This document shows, piece after piece, positions 62,671-64,000 of a DNA stretch of 64,000 bases. Origin of the DNA: Hydrolagus colliei. Lineage: Eukaryota. Position numbers and translations under genes: made by a program. Location of the stretch: positions 18,724,001 to 18,788,000 of the forward strand of contig CM068749.1 of NCBI GenBank assembly GCA_035084275.1, in the 5' to 3' direction. The notes under the pieces were generated by a model. The model made no database searches and was not told the DNA's origin. It saw only the letters and a list, made by a program, of their open reading frames with translations. The number at the start of each line of letters is the position of its first letter. The first letter of the stretch is position 1.

Positions 62671-63463
62671 CTACAGTAACAGTAATAACGAAAGATTCAA
62701 ACGCTTGACGGTTTTTGCCTTCAGATAAAATAGTTTTACTTCTGGTAAAATAGTTCTTGCCCAGCCCTCGCTGTTACAATGTAAGCAATTGAATCATTCA
62801 ATCTGGGTATAAAAACATAAATCCACTGACTGGTGGTGATGGGGCTTGAGGAATTCGGAGAAAGGATTTTAGATGACATGGAAAATAAACATGGCTGTAG
62901 AAAAAACAAAATCAATTTAACCTGTCACCGTAACCTCACTTGAAAACTACTACAAGACCATTAATCCTTAAAAGTCGAAGGTCGTATGGATATGCAGCAA
63001 AGCTGGAAAAAAGCTCGGAATCAATAATTAACAATGTGTGGCTTCCTTTTAACTGGTTAGAGTTCATTGCGTCAGCCAGGTTTTGGAGCCATTTAGAGGG
63101 CAAAGCCAAATTAGCCACAAGTACATGAGAAGGCAGCTTTTAAGGGTTAGAGCACAGTTTTACTATATAAATAGTATACAGTAAGTACTCTAATCTTGGC
63201 AGATGCTGAAAAGAGAGTGGAACACATTCCGAACCTATCAAAAAGCATATTAATAGTGGTTTTGAGTTTACCCGTTCCCAGCCCACAACAGCTGTGAGGC
63301 TGTAAATATGCAAATGGCTCAGGGTTTTTTTATTTGAAAGCTATAGGCAAACTAGTGTTTTTTTACTGTACCTCAAGCTGCTGTCAAAAAAAAAGTACCT
63401 TTAAAATGGAATGTTGTCTGTGATCCATTGTGCTGGTTAAACTATTTCTTATGAGAAACCTAC

Positions 63464-63912
63464 CTTAAGAGACTTCCAGTTGCTAAACTGCGTTCCTGGG
63501 ATGGCTGGTTTGACATGTTCAAGCTCAGTCTCTTGGTCGTGTCCGGCTTTCCCTCTGATGAATAGACTTGCTGATGCTGCCTGACGCAAGCAGAGATTCC
63601 ATGTTTCTCCTCAATGCATCTCAGTGGAAAAGTCCGGTTGATGGGCTGAAAAATGATGGCTCCAGTGTGCTCCGTCAGGGCCCTGCGATTCCCCACGTAG
63701 CTACGCACTAGCGCTGGGATAGTGTCAAAGCTCTCTCGCTCAAACTGATATTGCACTCGGGAGTAACCTTCGTTCAGTCTGACGATGACTTTGTTGATTT
63801 TAAAATGGTGAGGAATGTTTTTCCACTGGCAAGTCAGCACAAAGTTTCCAGGGCTGGAGAAAGAGTCGCGGATCAGGAAGTCTCCATCTCTCTGGATAAG
63901 GTTCTCTGCCAC
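63464..63912 (-). CDS. BCAR3: BCAR3 SH2-domain exon (gene 5' part lies beyond the window end)
   Basis: ttctag/gtaggt; VAENLIQRDGDFLIRDSFSSPGNFVLTCQWKN...QYQFERESFDTIPALVRSYVGNRRALTEHTGAIIFQPINR. Confidence 0.96.
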
Positions 63913-64000
63913 CTAGAAATGTGAGAGCGTGATTGTTGGGACATTGTGGAATTTGTGACACTAATAATAATGATGACAAAGCTCTCGTATCACAGCAGTT

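Overview
This is vertebrate (eukaryotic) genomic DNA, so the ORF track is mostly uninformative; the genes were built by hand from splice sites and translated exons. The window holds the conserved gene order DR1 - FNBP1L - BCAR3. It contains the last two coding exons of DR1/NC2-beta (+), an apparently complete FNBP1L/TOCA-1 gene (+, 17 coding exons, 10335-46944, F-BAR/HR1/SH3, about 612-616 aa for the fullest isoforms) and the last 8 coding exons of BCAR3/NSP2 (-, SH2 to Cdc25-like domain). Introns carry many copies of a tRNA-derived SINE with an L2-type tail, plus CR1 and L2 LINE fragments, a Deu-domain SINE remnant and a Tc1/mariner-type MITE. This repeat content suggests a cartilaginous fish, probably a chimaera such as the elephant shark (inference). 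There are four assembly gaps. I see no CRISPR array, rRNA, true tRNA gene or prokaryote-like novel system. The best leads are: an FNBP1L alternative-splicing module (159-nt cassette, 15-nt LSIKL microexon, TGCATG cluster, two alternative C-termini); a GC splice donor in an intron that also holds a perfect 46-bp palindrome; an unexplained two-block element repeated at equivalent positions in two consecutive BCAR3 introns; a 38-nt templated insertion inside a SINE; strong SINE orientation bias; and an excess of TACWGTA, which may be transposon excision footprints.
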